This document shows, one piece after another, positions 20,162 to 31,299 of a DNA stretch of 64,000 bases; the first letter of the stretch is position 1, and every line of letters starts with the position of its first letter. The position numbers were made by a program, and so were the translations under genes. This DNA is from Nitrospirota bacterium (GTDB lineage: Bacteria; Nitrospirota; UBA9217). The stretch covers positions 64,001 through 128,000 of the forward strand of contig CAVUHW010000030.1 in assembly GCA_963741205.1 (NCBI GenBank). Direction: 5' to 3'. The notes under the pieces are model-generated. The model made no database searches and was not told where the DNA came from. It saw nothing but the letters and a program-made list of their open reading frames with translations.

Positions 20162-23100
20162 TTATTGCCCGTTGTTCTCCACCGAACTTCTCGCGGGAGG
20201 TCCACCACGCCGCCAGAAGATTTCGGTCTCGATCGTCAATTCGTAGCTTCCTTGCTCCCATCGATCCGTGATTTCACGCTTGAGCGCCTCGGTGCGCGCC
20301 TTCACAACTGCCTGATCCTCCACATCCGCGAGGTACGAGATACGGAGAATGGCCGGCGCTTTGCGCAATTCGCCGAGCAGCATCTCGATTCTCGGTTTCC
20401 ATTGCGGCCGCATCTCGGTGGATCCCGGCTCGAACACGCCATCCGCGATGTCCAGGCTCACGACGCGGTGCAGCGTCGCGCCGAAGTTGAACTTTATCGC
20501 CTTACCTCGGGTCAGGCGCTGCACGAGCGGGTTCTGGGTGGTGACGCGATAACCCGTCGGCAGCGTGCGGTCATCGAGTTTCAAGATGAAGTTGCTGCCC
20601 CGATCCTCGTTGGGGACCGCGGCGCAAGTGATGTGGAAACGACCGTCCTTGTCCGTCGTCACAATGAGACCCCGCGCGCTCACGATCCGCACCCCGCCCA
20701 GGCCTTTTTCTCCCTCATCGGGGTAGCCGTTGGCGTTGGCATCATCGAACACCTTTCCGATGATGTCCGTACAATCGAAGGTGGGATCGGGAACGATGCG
20801 CACTCTCGCCGTCGCCACGGTGGTCATGGCTTCACCCGTAGTGCTGCTAAGTACCTGCGCGCTGTTGTCGTAGTTACCTTCCTTAACGCCCGCGCCCACG
20901 ATGAGCAGCAGCTTGATTGTGTGATCGCCGTCCGTGAGCTGGAGATTGTCCCAGCGCAGGTCGCTCGTGGTTTTCACGGGCTCGAGCCGGTTGCCGTCGA
21001 ATCGGGCGGAACCGTCGACATATTTGAATCCGGGCGGGAAGCGATCCACGATGGTGAGATTCGACAGAGTCGCGCCCAGTGTGTTCTTGACCGTGATCGT
21101 GTACGGCACCATCTGCCCACGCGAAACATTGAGTAGCAACGCCGTCTTCGTGATCGTGACTCCGGTGTTCAACGGGGGGTCTACGGCAATGTGATTATTG
21201 AAGAGCTCGATACCGCCTGCGGCGGAGTTGCTCAGCATGAAGTGCAGGTAGTACTTCGTGCCCACCGAATTCGCCGGGACGCTCGGCGCGGGGGCGAACT
21301 CGGACGGCTGCGCTTCGCAGTAAGATGTCGTCGCCGGAATGGCATCGTCAGCGGTGCCGGGGCATCCCGGGACTGAAAACGGCGGTGTAGGATCGGTTGG
21401 TGCAATAATGCCAGAAGGCGTGGGGCGGTACCCATTCGGCGGCGTGACGCGAATGACGTAGTCGGCCCCCGCCGGGCAGGATGGGTCGCTGAAGTTCAGA
21501 TCGAACTTGTAGTAGCCCGGCGCGAGCGTCACCTGGTTCTGCTGCGCCGGATCATTAAAGCAGCTCGCCGGAAGCGCACTGTTCGTCGATGCCCGCACCA
21601 TGGTTACGGTGGCGCCGGCAATCGGGGTGCGCCGGACCGAATCGTAAATAACGCCGCTAGGATCGATCGGCAGATTCAGATTCTGGAGATTACGGCCCGA
21701 AACCGCCGTGATACCGGAGATCCGTTGCAAGCCATTGGTGAATGCCGAGTCGGCGAGACCCAAGAGCGCCGTGCTCGTGGTAGCGCCGGGCGCACTGAAT
21801 CGGATTTCGTACTGATCGGCGGCGGTCATCGTGGGTGCGAGGCCTCTAAAACCGTACGCGCCGTCGGTGTCAGTAGGCATGCTCGCCAGCAGCTGGCTGT
21901 TCCGGTAGACCTGAACAGTCCAGCCGGCCAATTCCCTTTCATTGCTTTCACACGTTTTGTTGAAGTTCGCGTCGTGCCAGACACTGCCGTTCAGCATTAC
22001 GCTGCCGGGCGTGCCGCCGATATCCACGGAAGCGTTACTCGAGGCGTTCTGGTTGGGTGTGTTCCACGTGACTTGCGCCGTATTGGTCAGCGTCGTACCG
22101 ATCGTTCCCGACACGAGCTTGGCGTGGAATCGCAAGATCGCGGTTCCATTCGCGGGCAGGCTTCCATAGACCGACGAGTAATCCGCTATGATTACTGAAC
22201 CTGCGACAGTGATCCCGGCGCCCGAACTATTCAGCACCGCTGATCCCGGCACATAAGAGAGTTGGCCAGGCAGGGCATCGGTGATCACCACGTTGGTCGC
22301 CGGCACCGTGCCGATATTGGTCACGCGCACTGACATATTCGAGCTCGGCGCCGACTACGGCGGTTCCGCCACCAACGACTGCGACTTGCTTCGTGATCGT
22401 GAGCTGTTGCGCGTTACCTACCGCGATAACGGTCGGCTGGTAACCGTTGGTCGCGTTGCCATCCGAGTCAGTCAAAAGCGTCGGCAACTGCGTGGTCGAC
22501 GCACTGCCTTGGTTGCTGATGATCGTTCCGGAGGGCACGCCCGCGTTGACCTGTAGTCTGAAGGTCACGATGCCCGTGCCGCCTGTCGCCAGGGTGCCAC
22601 CGACCGACGGGGACGGCGGCGGGGTTTGGTCGGAGGAAACGACGCCGATGCCGCCTATGAGGGGCGATACGCCGGCGCCGGGATCTCCCACTGTCCGGCC
22701 GTTCATCACCAGCGAATTGGCCACATAGGTGGTATTGGCAGGAACGGCGTCCGCGAGCACCACGCCCGTCGCCGGAGTTGCCCCCGAGTTGGTCACGATG
22801 ATGGTGTACTGGAGCACATCGCCCGGATCGACGAGTCCATTATTATTGTTGTCCACGGCGAGCTGGACGGTCTTCAGCGCGTAGACCAATGGCAAGTTAC
22901 CCACAACGACCCTGGTCGGATCGTTCAGTACAGGGGTCGCTGGATTGTCGGAGGGTTGTTCGGGGAACGGTACCACTGCCTGCGCCGGAACCGTTTACAA
23001 AGCCCTGGTTGGAGATGATGGTGCCGTTAACGACGTTGGTGCTGATGCGCACGTCAAACGTGACCGTGGCCACATTTGTCGTAGCCGCGCTCGCGTCCGC

Positions 23101-26100
23101 GCGCATGGCACCCGCCGCCGTGTCAACGGGCGAGTTGATCGACATGCCGTTTTGCAGCGCGCTGACACCGGCCGGTATCCGCCACGGCCAGCGCCATTCA
23201 GCTTGGTGCTGTTGGCCACGTAGCTCGTGTTAGCCGGGATCTGATCGCGCAACGTCACGCCCGCTGCATTCTCGTTGCCGATGTTCTTCACCGTGATGGT
23301 GTAGCGCAAGGTATCGCCAGCCATGATGGTTGAGGTACCGGACGTAATGTCTTGCGCCGTTTTCAGCACACGGAAGACCGGCGCCGACGTGATGATCGTG
23401 CGGGTCGGATCGCTGGTTCCGGGTGAGGGACGGATCATCGCTCAACTGTGTCGGCAATGTGGACGAGCCGATCTGCGCCTGGTTCAGCACTGCGGAGCCG
23501 CTGGTGATCACCGGCACGAGCGTGGCCTGGAACTCAATGACCAGCTTGTCGTTGCCGCCGCCCTGCGGGTCGATACTCAGGTTGCTGATACTCACCAGAC
23601 CCGTGCCCTTGGTCCCGCCGGTCGCCGAGGTCAGTGTGGTGTTCGCGCCTGCCGGAACGGTGACGAGCGTCAGGCTGCCGGGCACGAACATGGCGGTCGT
23701 ATTCAGCTTGTCCAGCTCGTCCGTCAGCGAGAAGTTCGTCGCGCCCACCGTGCCGCTGTTCTGGATCGTCAAGGTGTACTTCAGCGTGTCGCCGGGTTTG
23801 GCGTTGGCGCCGGGCTGGCCGGTGGTCGCGTCATAGAGTACGGTCTTGGTGAAGGTCAGCACCGGCAACTTCGTGATAATGCTGGCAGATATCGGGCCGA
23901 GGAAATAGTCATTGACCGCCGGTGTGCCACTGCCCGTGCGTTCATCGTTGTTGACCCCATTCTGGCCGGTCCACTGGGCCGAGGTGCTGGCCGCGAGTGT
24001 CTGTCCGGACTGTACGTTGATCAGGACCTTCGCATCGTAAGTAGACAGTGACCGTTGTCCCCTCTCAGGAATATCTATGTTGGAGCCGGCCGATCCCCAG
24101 CTGAGTGACTGCGGAGTGGTAATACCATCGCCCGTAATGATCGGCGCCGAGATGGTATTGCCGGCGCCGGTGACGGTGACGTTACCGTTATAGGCAAGGC
24201 CAAGCGAGAGCGCTTCGGCAATGCTCAGATCAAATGCGCTGGAGTAGCTGTCGGTAGCTGGGTCCGCCCGCTGCTTGAAACACGAGCGTATAGCGCAGGA
24301 TGTCGCCGACGGTTGGTGCAACGCCGGGATTTGTCTGGTTACTCACGCTCTTGGTGAGCGTCACAACCGGCTCGATGATTCGCAGCGGCTGGGCAGTGGT
24401 GCCGGTGCCGCCATTCTTCTTCGCGCCGCCCGCGGTGTCGGCGTACGTGTAGGAGGCACTATTTTGGAAACTCACCCCGGCATTCGCCGCGCTGTTATTG
24501 GCGACGCGGGCATGCACTTCGATGATCGCCTGCTTACCTGCCGGGATCTGCGCCAGGGTGAGATTCACCTGGCCGGGTGCAACGCTGCTGTCGCTCAGGG
24601 TGAAATTATTGCCGCTCACATCAGTCGCGCTGACATACACCAGCGAGCTGTTGAGAGTATCGGTCACCGTCACGTCATAAAGCGCGGCATTAATTATCGT
24701 CGTTGGCACCGTAATGCGATAGACCACTGCATCGCCGATCGTCGCTTCACCGCTCGCTGGTGAGATAGAGCGTCTTGGACGGCTGGGAAATGGTGGCGCT
24801 GTTGGTCATCGTGAAGATGGCCGGACCAAGCGCTCCATACTTTTGTCCCGACTGCAGCGGCAGTGACCAGTACTCGGCGAGAGTGACGCTGTTATTCCAG
24901 GTCTGGTTGGAGCCGAAGTCGGTATAGAAACCGATATTGTAATCGATGGTGACGCATTGACCCGGATTGACCGGCGTACTCAGCACAAAGGTCATCGTGC
25001 CGCCGCGCACTGCAGGCGGTGTATAGGTGTAATCGGTCCCGGCAGTGAGGAGCGTACCGCCGACACTCACGGCGGGCGGGGTGATGGTTGTTTGGTTCAA
25101 CTGGCTCGCCAGCAGGTCGGTGAACTTGACGCTGTAAGCCGGCGCGGTTCCGTTATTGCACGACCCCAGGCGGAACTGCATAGTATCAGTAGTGACATTG
25201 ACCTGTAACGGACTGGCGCGAAGGGCACGATCGATCTTCGTCGGCGTGCTCATGATCGGCTGCCAGCACCGTGATGTTGGCGCTGCTGCTAAGGAGAGCG
25301 CTGCCGGTGTAAGCAAGCTTGACGGTGTTGCCCAGATTCGTGGCGGGCTGCTGTGTCAGCGTGTTCGTAACCACGCGTGCGCGGTATTGGATGACGAAGG
25401 TGTTGTTGGCGGAGTTGTTGTCGATGGCGTTGGTGATGTTGCCAAAGTTCCAGATAACGGTATTGCCGCTGACCGTAGGTGCAGTGAAATCGGTATAGGT
25501 AAACGGCGCGGTCTGGCTGAACGGCGCGGAGGTGTCGCCATTGATGCTGACAACGCTGTCGAAGGCAAGGCCCGCGGGTAGCGTATCGGTGACCACTACA
25601 TTCTGGAGCTGCCCTTCGCGCAGGGTCAGAGCGAGACGGTAAACGACAGTGTCGCCGACGCGCAGAATCGAGTCGGTGCCGGTGCTGGGTGCAGTAGTCC
25701 AGGAATCGGAGACCACCGATTTGGCAATGGTGGTGGGATCGAACGTGGGGACCGTGGCAGAGGCCGGGCCGTAGCAATAGTTGTTTGGCGAGGTAATGGT
25801 CGGGCAACCGGCGCCGGTGCGCTCTCCGCTCTGCGCGTCCTGCAGCGAGGTCCAATCCACATAGACGCTGTTGTTGATCGGCAAGCCGTTGACCGACACC
25901 ACCGTCACGCGATAGGTCAGCACGAGCGACTGGCCAGCGGGGATGTCGAGCGTGCCGTCATTGTTCTGGCGGCCCCAAGCCAGGGCGCCGCTGGGCAGTG
26001 TGGTTGGATTCGCTACAAAACCAGTGACCGGAACGCCGTTGATCTGCGCTGTGGCGGAACCGGGGACCAGCGATACGTTCACCGGCAGCGTGTCGACGAC

Positions 26101-28629
26101 ATTGGTATCAAACGCGGTGGAGCTACCACTATTGGGAATGGTGATCACATATTGGAGGACGTCACCTTGCGCGGCAGGATCGGTTGCCTGCTTGCCGGCC
26201 GAGACGTTGCTGACCGTCTTGGTGCCGCCGTTACTGCGGCTCGACCACCGTCATGGTGGAGGCGACACCTGCGCCGCCGGTCGCTTGCGTCGAGCTATTG
26301 CCGTTTACCTTGTCGTAGGTGTACGACGCGCTGTTTGTGAACGACACGCCACTGTGGTTGGTGGTGGTGTTCTGCAAGGCTACCGTAACCCTGATGACCG
26401 CCTGGCCGCCCGCGGGGATATCGATACCGGTGTTCAGTGTCTTGTAGAATGAGATTGGTGGCAGTGCCGGTATTGCTCAGGTTCCACGTGCCGCCGGATA
26501 CGACCTGTGCGCTCACAAAGCTCACGTTGGCCGGGAGATTGTCCAGGATCTTCACATCGTACAAGGGCACATTGACCGGGGTCTGCGGGCACCGTGATGA
26601 GGTAACTGAACTGCTGGCCGATCGTCGCAGTGCTCTGGGTATTCGTCTTCGACAGCGCTCCGGGCGCCTGGATCGTCACCGTGGTGGGATCCGCGTCGTA
26701 CCGAGCAGTGCCGGGCCGTTGACGTACGGGTCATCACTGACGCCGGACACGCTGCCGCTCGAGTGGTGCCGGAGATACTCGCCTGATTGGTGGCGATAGC
26801 GCCGTTCGTGAGGGGGTGCCGAGGCCAGGGTGACATCGAACTGGATCTGGTACTGCGGTGTTGGAAGCGCAGATTCAGACTGGTGATCGTAATGAGAGCC
26901 TGTGCCATTCGTGCCGCCAGTGGGAGTGACAGTAACTGTGGCGGTCGGAGGGAAGGTACTACTGCCGCAACGAGAGAGACGAGCCCGGGACGAAGGCCGC
27001 CGACGTGTTCAGGCCCAGGTCGTCGGTTATCGTAATGTTATTGAGCGGGGGGATGTTAAAGTTCTGGAGCTGCAGCGTGTAGCGCAGCCTGTCACCCGGA
27101 AAGGCCGCGGTGGCCGGGTTAGCGCCGGTGGTCAGGTCCTGGACCGACTTCAGAAAGTAATAGCCCGCCACCGTAGCCGTAACGGTGTAGGCGTCCTGGA
27201 AATCCAATACGCCCGGCGTGCCGTCGGTGATGCGTCCTGTCGTATTCGCGACGGCCGGTATAGCTGCTGTGCGGCACTGAACCACTTGGTAGCGCCGGCA
27301 ACGTTGGTAAGCGTGTCCGGACGAGATACCGGCGTCGAGCATGGCCTGGTAGTTGATGATCAAGCGCTGATTGGGCCCGATCTTGGCTGCGGCCGTAAGC
27401 ATGGTCAGGCTGAGCTGGCACGCAGACGCGGTACCGCCGTTCCAGGTGACCGAGAAGTCGGTGCCATTGACCAGCGGACCTGAGACCGGGGTGACGCCAT
27501 CCGCCGCAAAGATCTGAGCGGTGACCGTGGCCCTGGGATCGTAGGTGCACATGCCGGCGGGAAGATTGTCGGTGATCGTGGCGTTCCACGCATCGCTGCC
27601 GCCGATATTCTGGACGTTGATGGTGTAGGGCGCCTTGGTCCCCACATTCAGGTTAGACATCGAGCTCGTCTTTGTGACCGCGAGATTGGGCTCGGCGATG
27701 GCCATCGGCGACGAAATGCCCGACTGGCCCGGGAGGGGGACATAGTACCCCGTCGATAAGCCTCCCGAACTACCACGGGGCGGTGTTGATGAACGCCTTC
27801 CAACCGCGTTTGTCGGTGTGTTATCGAGGACGACCGTGATCTCGATCACGATCTGCGATCCGGCCGGGATGATGCGGGAAGTTAGCTGAAGGTCGAGGTG
27901 CTTCGTTGTCACCGATTGGTGAATGTACGCGGCACTGGAGGTGCCGCTGCCCTTCAGTAGGCGACTGATAGCTCACAAAGGTGAGATCCGCACCCGTCGC
28001 GGTGAGATTGTCCGTGACACGTGATGATGTCGCAAGTAGTTGGGCGATCCGACTGTTGTTGATGACGGTGCCCGTGGCCGGGTCATACATGACCGGGATC
28101 GTGAGCGTGTACGTGAAGGGCACGCCGATGGCTGGCCGTGGCTGCGGGGGACTGCTTGTGCGATGGTCTCTACGGGTATGAAAAGACCCTGACAGCTGTT
28201 ATTGGGGGCATATATCGCGCCGGGGTTAACAAACCAGATCTTGGTGGTAGTAGTGGCGCACGCCATATTACCGCTGTAGTAAATATTATTAAAAATCGCC
28301 AAGAACCCATCAGATTTAAAATTGAGGGTGGAAGTCAGCCCCTGCGGCCATTTGGCAGATATCGGAAAGTTCTCGAACGTACAATTAGCATCGATCCCGA
28401 TCGAGGAAGGAAGAGTAAAAGGAGTAAGAGTGGGATCATTACCGTCGATTATGTGGGAACCATTCACGAGGGGGTAGCCACTGCACAAATCCGTCCCCGC
28501 CTGCGCGGAGTAAGCCGCGCCCAGCACCAGGGCGAGGAGGAGCAGCAGCGGGAAACCGAGCCTGGAGCCGCGTGCCGTCAGGGCCGTAAGGAAACTTACC
28601 AACTTCCAGGCTTTTGGGTTCGAACACAT
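20162..28629 (-). CDS. giant secreted adhesin-like protein (~2,820 aa): Cys-containing N-domain, ~14 DUF11/isopeptide-type Ig repeats, two SdrD-B-like domains, degenerate OmpA-like tail; many frameshifts
   Basis: AAAGGAGG RBS, ATG 28629, signal peptide ending AQA; recurring ..K(T/S).......GD.L.YT....N.G...A......D.LP pattern across successive ORF fragments; G.VWHDAN.N and GKVFDDANANG..D.GE.G SdrD-B motifs. Confidence 0.8.
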
Positions 28630-28677
28630 CCGGAGCTTTTCCTCCTTTCTCATGGGCTGTAGCATAGCAACGTGCGG

Positions 28678-28790
28678 TGATCGGGAAAGTCCGTGACGAG
28701 ATAACGCTAGCAGAGACCGATCACTCCTGTCTCGGCTTTTTATGACGTGCTCTCGGCTTTTTATGCTTTTTTGATAAAATAAATCACTTT
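28678..28790 (-). promoter_or_regulatory. repeat copy 1: putative AraC-activated promoter of the adhesin operon
   Basis: Direct repeat TCTCGGCTTTTTATG at 28730-28744 and 28751-28765 (21-bp period); TGcTAGCGT extended -10-like element with hexamer at 28704-28709 on the minus strand. Confidence 0.7.
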
Positions 28791-28850
28791 CGAGACAGTA
28801 GCCCTCGAGAACTGGCTACGAGCCGCCTCCCCGACCGTATACCCCTTCAT
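28761..28850 (-). pseudogene. vestigial third AraC copy / 29-aa mini-ORF
   Basis: MKGYTVGEAARSQFSRATVSKVIYFIKKA*; retains tcactttcg (the ..RK* end of both AraC genes) and a ..EA...S.FSR remnant. Confidence 0.4.
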
Positions 28851-28869
28851 CTCCTGTCCTCAGCAAGGT

Positions 28870-28995
28870 CCTGCTGCCTGCACTGCTGTGATCGGGACAA
28901 GTCCACGATGGGATAACGCTAGCAGAGACCGATCACTCCTGTCTCGGCTTTTTATGACGCGCTCTCGGCTTTTTATGCTTTTTTGATAAAAAAAA
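28870..28995 (-). promoter_or_regulatory. repeat copy 2 of the AraC-type tandem-site promoter
   Basis: TCTCGGCTTTTTATG at 28942-28956 and 28963-28977; flanks nearly identical to copy 1. Confidence 0.7.
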
Positions 28996-29640
28996 TTACT
29001 TTCGGGCCAGGCTTCTGTAAGCGGAAGGCGTCTGGCCGGTCAGCTTCTTGAAGATTCGGCCGAAACCGGTTGCATCGGCAAAACCCAGGGAGACGGCGAT
29101 TTCGGTTATACTCTGGGGGCTGCTGCAGAGAAGGTTCTTTGCCTTCGTGATTCTGCGGCTGTTGAGATACTCCTGATAGGACAAGCCCATCACCTTTCTG
29201 AATATTCTCGAAAAGTGGGATGGGGACATGCCGGCCTCCTTGGCAACGGCGTCGAGACGGATATCGTTCCGGTAGTTATTATTGATATAACGAGCGGCCT
29301 GCTGGATCTTGTGATACTGGCTGAGGGTGACGGTGGAAGGCGGCATTCCCGGCTGGACCGACGTCTCGGACCCGGGAAGGATGTTCTTTCTGAAGGGCTG
29401 CTTAAGGTAATTGCGAGCGCCGTTCCTGATTGCCTCGACCGCCGCCTCCTCGTCGCCGTGTGCCGTGACGACGAGAACGAGAACGGAGTGCGCAACGTCC
29501 TTACTTTCTTTCATGATGCAATATCCTCGATTTATATCATGACATCGACGCCGACATGTCGGGCAGCCGGAATGCTATGACCGCGAGATCAATGTCGCAG
29601 CGCATGCTTCACCTGTTCGATCGCACGGACAACTTGCCGT
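28996..29640 (-). pseudogene. partially deleted duplicate of the AraC response regulator (HTH intact, ORF 28996..29514)
   Basis: Highly similar to 29782..30663; receiver N-half decayed (AIEQVK..CDIDLAVIAFRLPDMS remnant at 29540-29630); internal in-frame deletion of SISELSTKIDFYLALRHADKQR. Confidence 0.75.
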
Positions 29641-29657
29641 GACGAATCGGCAGGGTA

Positions 29658-29781
29658 CTGCTGCCTGCACTACCGTCATCGGGAAAGTCCGCAATGGGGT
29701 AACGCTAACAGAGATCGATTGTTCCTGTCTCGGCTTTTTATGACAGGCTCTCGGCTTTTTATGCTTTTTTGATAAAAGAAA
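29658..29781 (-). promoter_or_regulatory. repeat copy 3 of the AraC-type tandem-site promoter
   Basis: TCTCGGCTTTTTATG at 29728-29742 and 29749-29763; TGtTAGCGT element conserved. Confidence 0.7.
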
Positions 29782-30663
29782 TCACTTTCGGGGCAGGCTT
29801 CTGTAGGCGGAAGGCGTCTGGCTGGTCAGCTTCTTGAAGATTCGGCCGAAGCCGGTTGGGTCGGCAAAACCGAGGGAGACGGCGATTTCGGTTACGCTCT
29901 GGGCGCTGGTGCGGAGAAGGTTCTTTGCCTTCGTGATTCTTCGGCTGTTGAGATAATCCTGATAGGACAAGCCCATCACCTTCTTGAATATTCTGGAAAA
30001 GTGGGCCGGGGACATTCTGGCCTCCCAGGCGACGGCGTCGTGGCTGATATCGGTTCGGTAGTTGTCGTTGATAAAACGAACGGCCTGCTGGATCTTATGG
30101 TACTGGCTGAGCGTGACGGCGGCATGTGGCATTCCCGGCTTGGCCGGCGTCTCGGACCCGGGAAGGATGTTCTTTCTGCGCTGTTTATCCGCGTGCCTGA
30201 GGGCGAGATAGAAGTCGATCTTCGTGGAAAGCTCGGATATGCTGAAGGGTTTCTTGAGGTAATCGCGGGCGCCGCTTCTAAATGCCTCGACCGCCACCTC
30301 CTCGTCGCCGTAAGCCGTGGCGATAAGAACGAGAACGGAGGGCTCGACGTCCTTGATCTCTTTCATGACGTCGATACCGGACATGTCTGGCAGTCGGTAT
30401 TCAATGACTGCGAGATCGATGTCGCTGCGCCGCTTCACCCGCTCGATCGCAGCCCCGCCGGTCTGGGTCGTAACGACTCGATAGGCGTCGGAAAGACTCT
30501 CGACATACCGATCGAGGAGAGTAGTATCTTCGTCAACGATCAATATCTGAGAAGGTACGGTGTTTTCCACGGCGGGCGGATGTGCCTTGTTTCCACCCTT
30601 CCGACGATGCTTCGTGTCAGGGTTTCCCGATGGTTTGTCAATCCTTTTTGTCATACAGCCCAC
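29782..30663 (-). CDS. AraC-family response regulator (YesN-like) with atypical receiver domain
   Basis: ILIVDED...DLAVIEYRLPDMSG...ATAYG...GARDYLKKPF receiver; AraC HTH MSPAHFSRIFKK...AKNLL....SVTEIA..LGF.D...F.R.FKK....TPSAYR. Confidence 0.9.
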   Translation of the reverse strand: MGCMTKRIDKPSGNPDTKHRRKGGNKAHPPAVENTVPSQILIVDEDTTLLDRYVESLSDAYRVVTTQTGGAAIERVKRRSDIDLAVIEYRLPDMSGIDVMKEIKDVEPSVLVLIATAYGDEEVAVEAFRSGARDYLKKPFSISELSTKIDFYLALRHADKQRRKNILPGSETPAKPGMPHAAVTLSQYHKIQQAVRFINDNYRTDISHDAVAWEARMSPAHFSRIFKKVMGLSYQDYLNSRRITKAKNLLRTSAQSVTEIAVSLGFADPTGFGRIFKKLTSQTPSAYRSLPRK

Positions 30664-31299
30664 CCGTCTGTCCAGACTCCGCTATAGAATGGCCTCGGAG
30701 ATATGTTCGGAGTAACCCCTTCGACCTGGCGACGCTTGAGGATATCAACTTTTCCTCGGATGTATAGTTGTGCCGGTTCTTTCGGATGGGGTTTCCTCCG
30801 TTCGAGATAAGTTTATCTCAAATCGGCTGAAAGTCCAACTCTTGCTGAGCCAAAACAGACATAGCCCTGAGAATATTCCGCCCGCGTTTTCGTAAGAGTA
30901 GGATGCTCATAGTTTAAAGTTCAGAGTTAACCACGGTTGTTCTCCAAATGAAGAGAGCGTACTCTATTTTAGAGAATGGGGCAAGTGAAATTACGGGACC
31001 TGCAACAAAGAAGCTCGACGACAACAAAGAGGATGGTAGGTTAGCGAAGTAACCCGACGCATATGAAAGCAGCAGAATCTCTTCACAACAATTGCTTCTA
31101 AAGACGTAAGAAATCCCCACATTGGCTCAATAGCAAGAGTAATGAAACTAAGGTTCTATTGATTCCTGACGCGATTTGGCAAATAATAATAGTAGACACA
31201 TGCCGCTCGACAAGAGAATGACGTGAGCACCCGCTATGAGAGAGCATCAGAGTAGTGCTTTAGCTAAGTGATCAGTTGGCGGGAAGAGGAGGTATAAGG

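Noticed and set aside
28678-29781. Repeated cassettes as a CRISPR array or attC/att sites
   Set aside because: Spacing is irregular (212 and 786 bp), the intervening DNA is AraC gene sequence, the inner spacer is only 6 bp, and no cas or integrase gene is present
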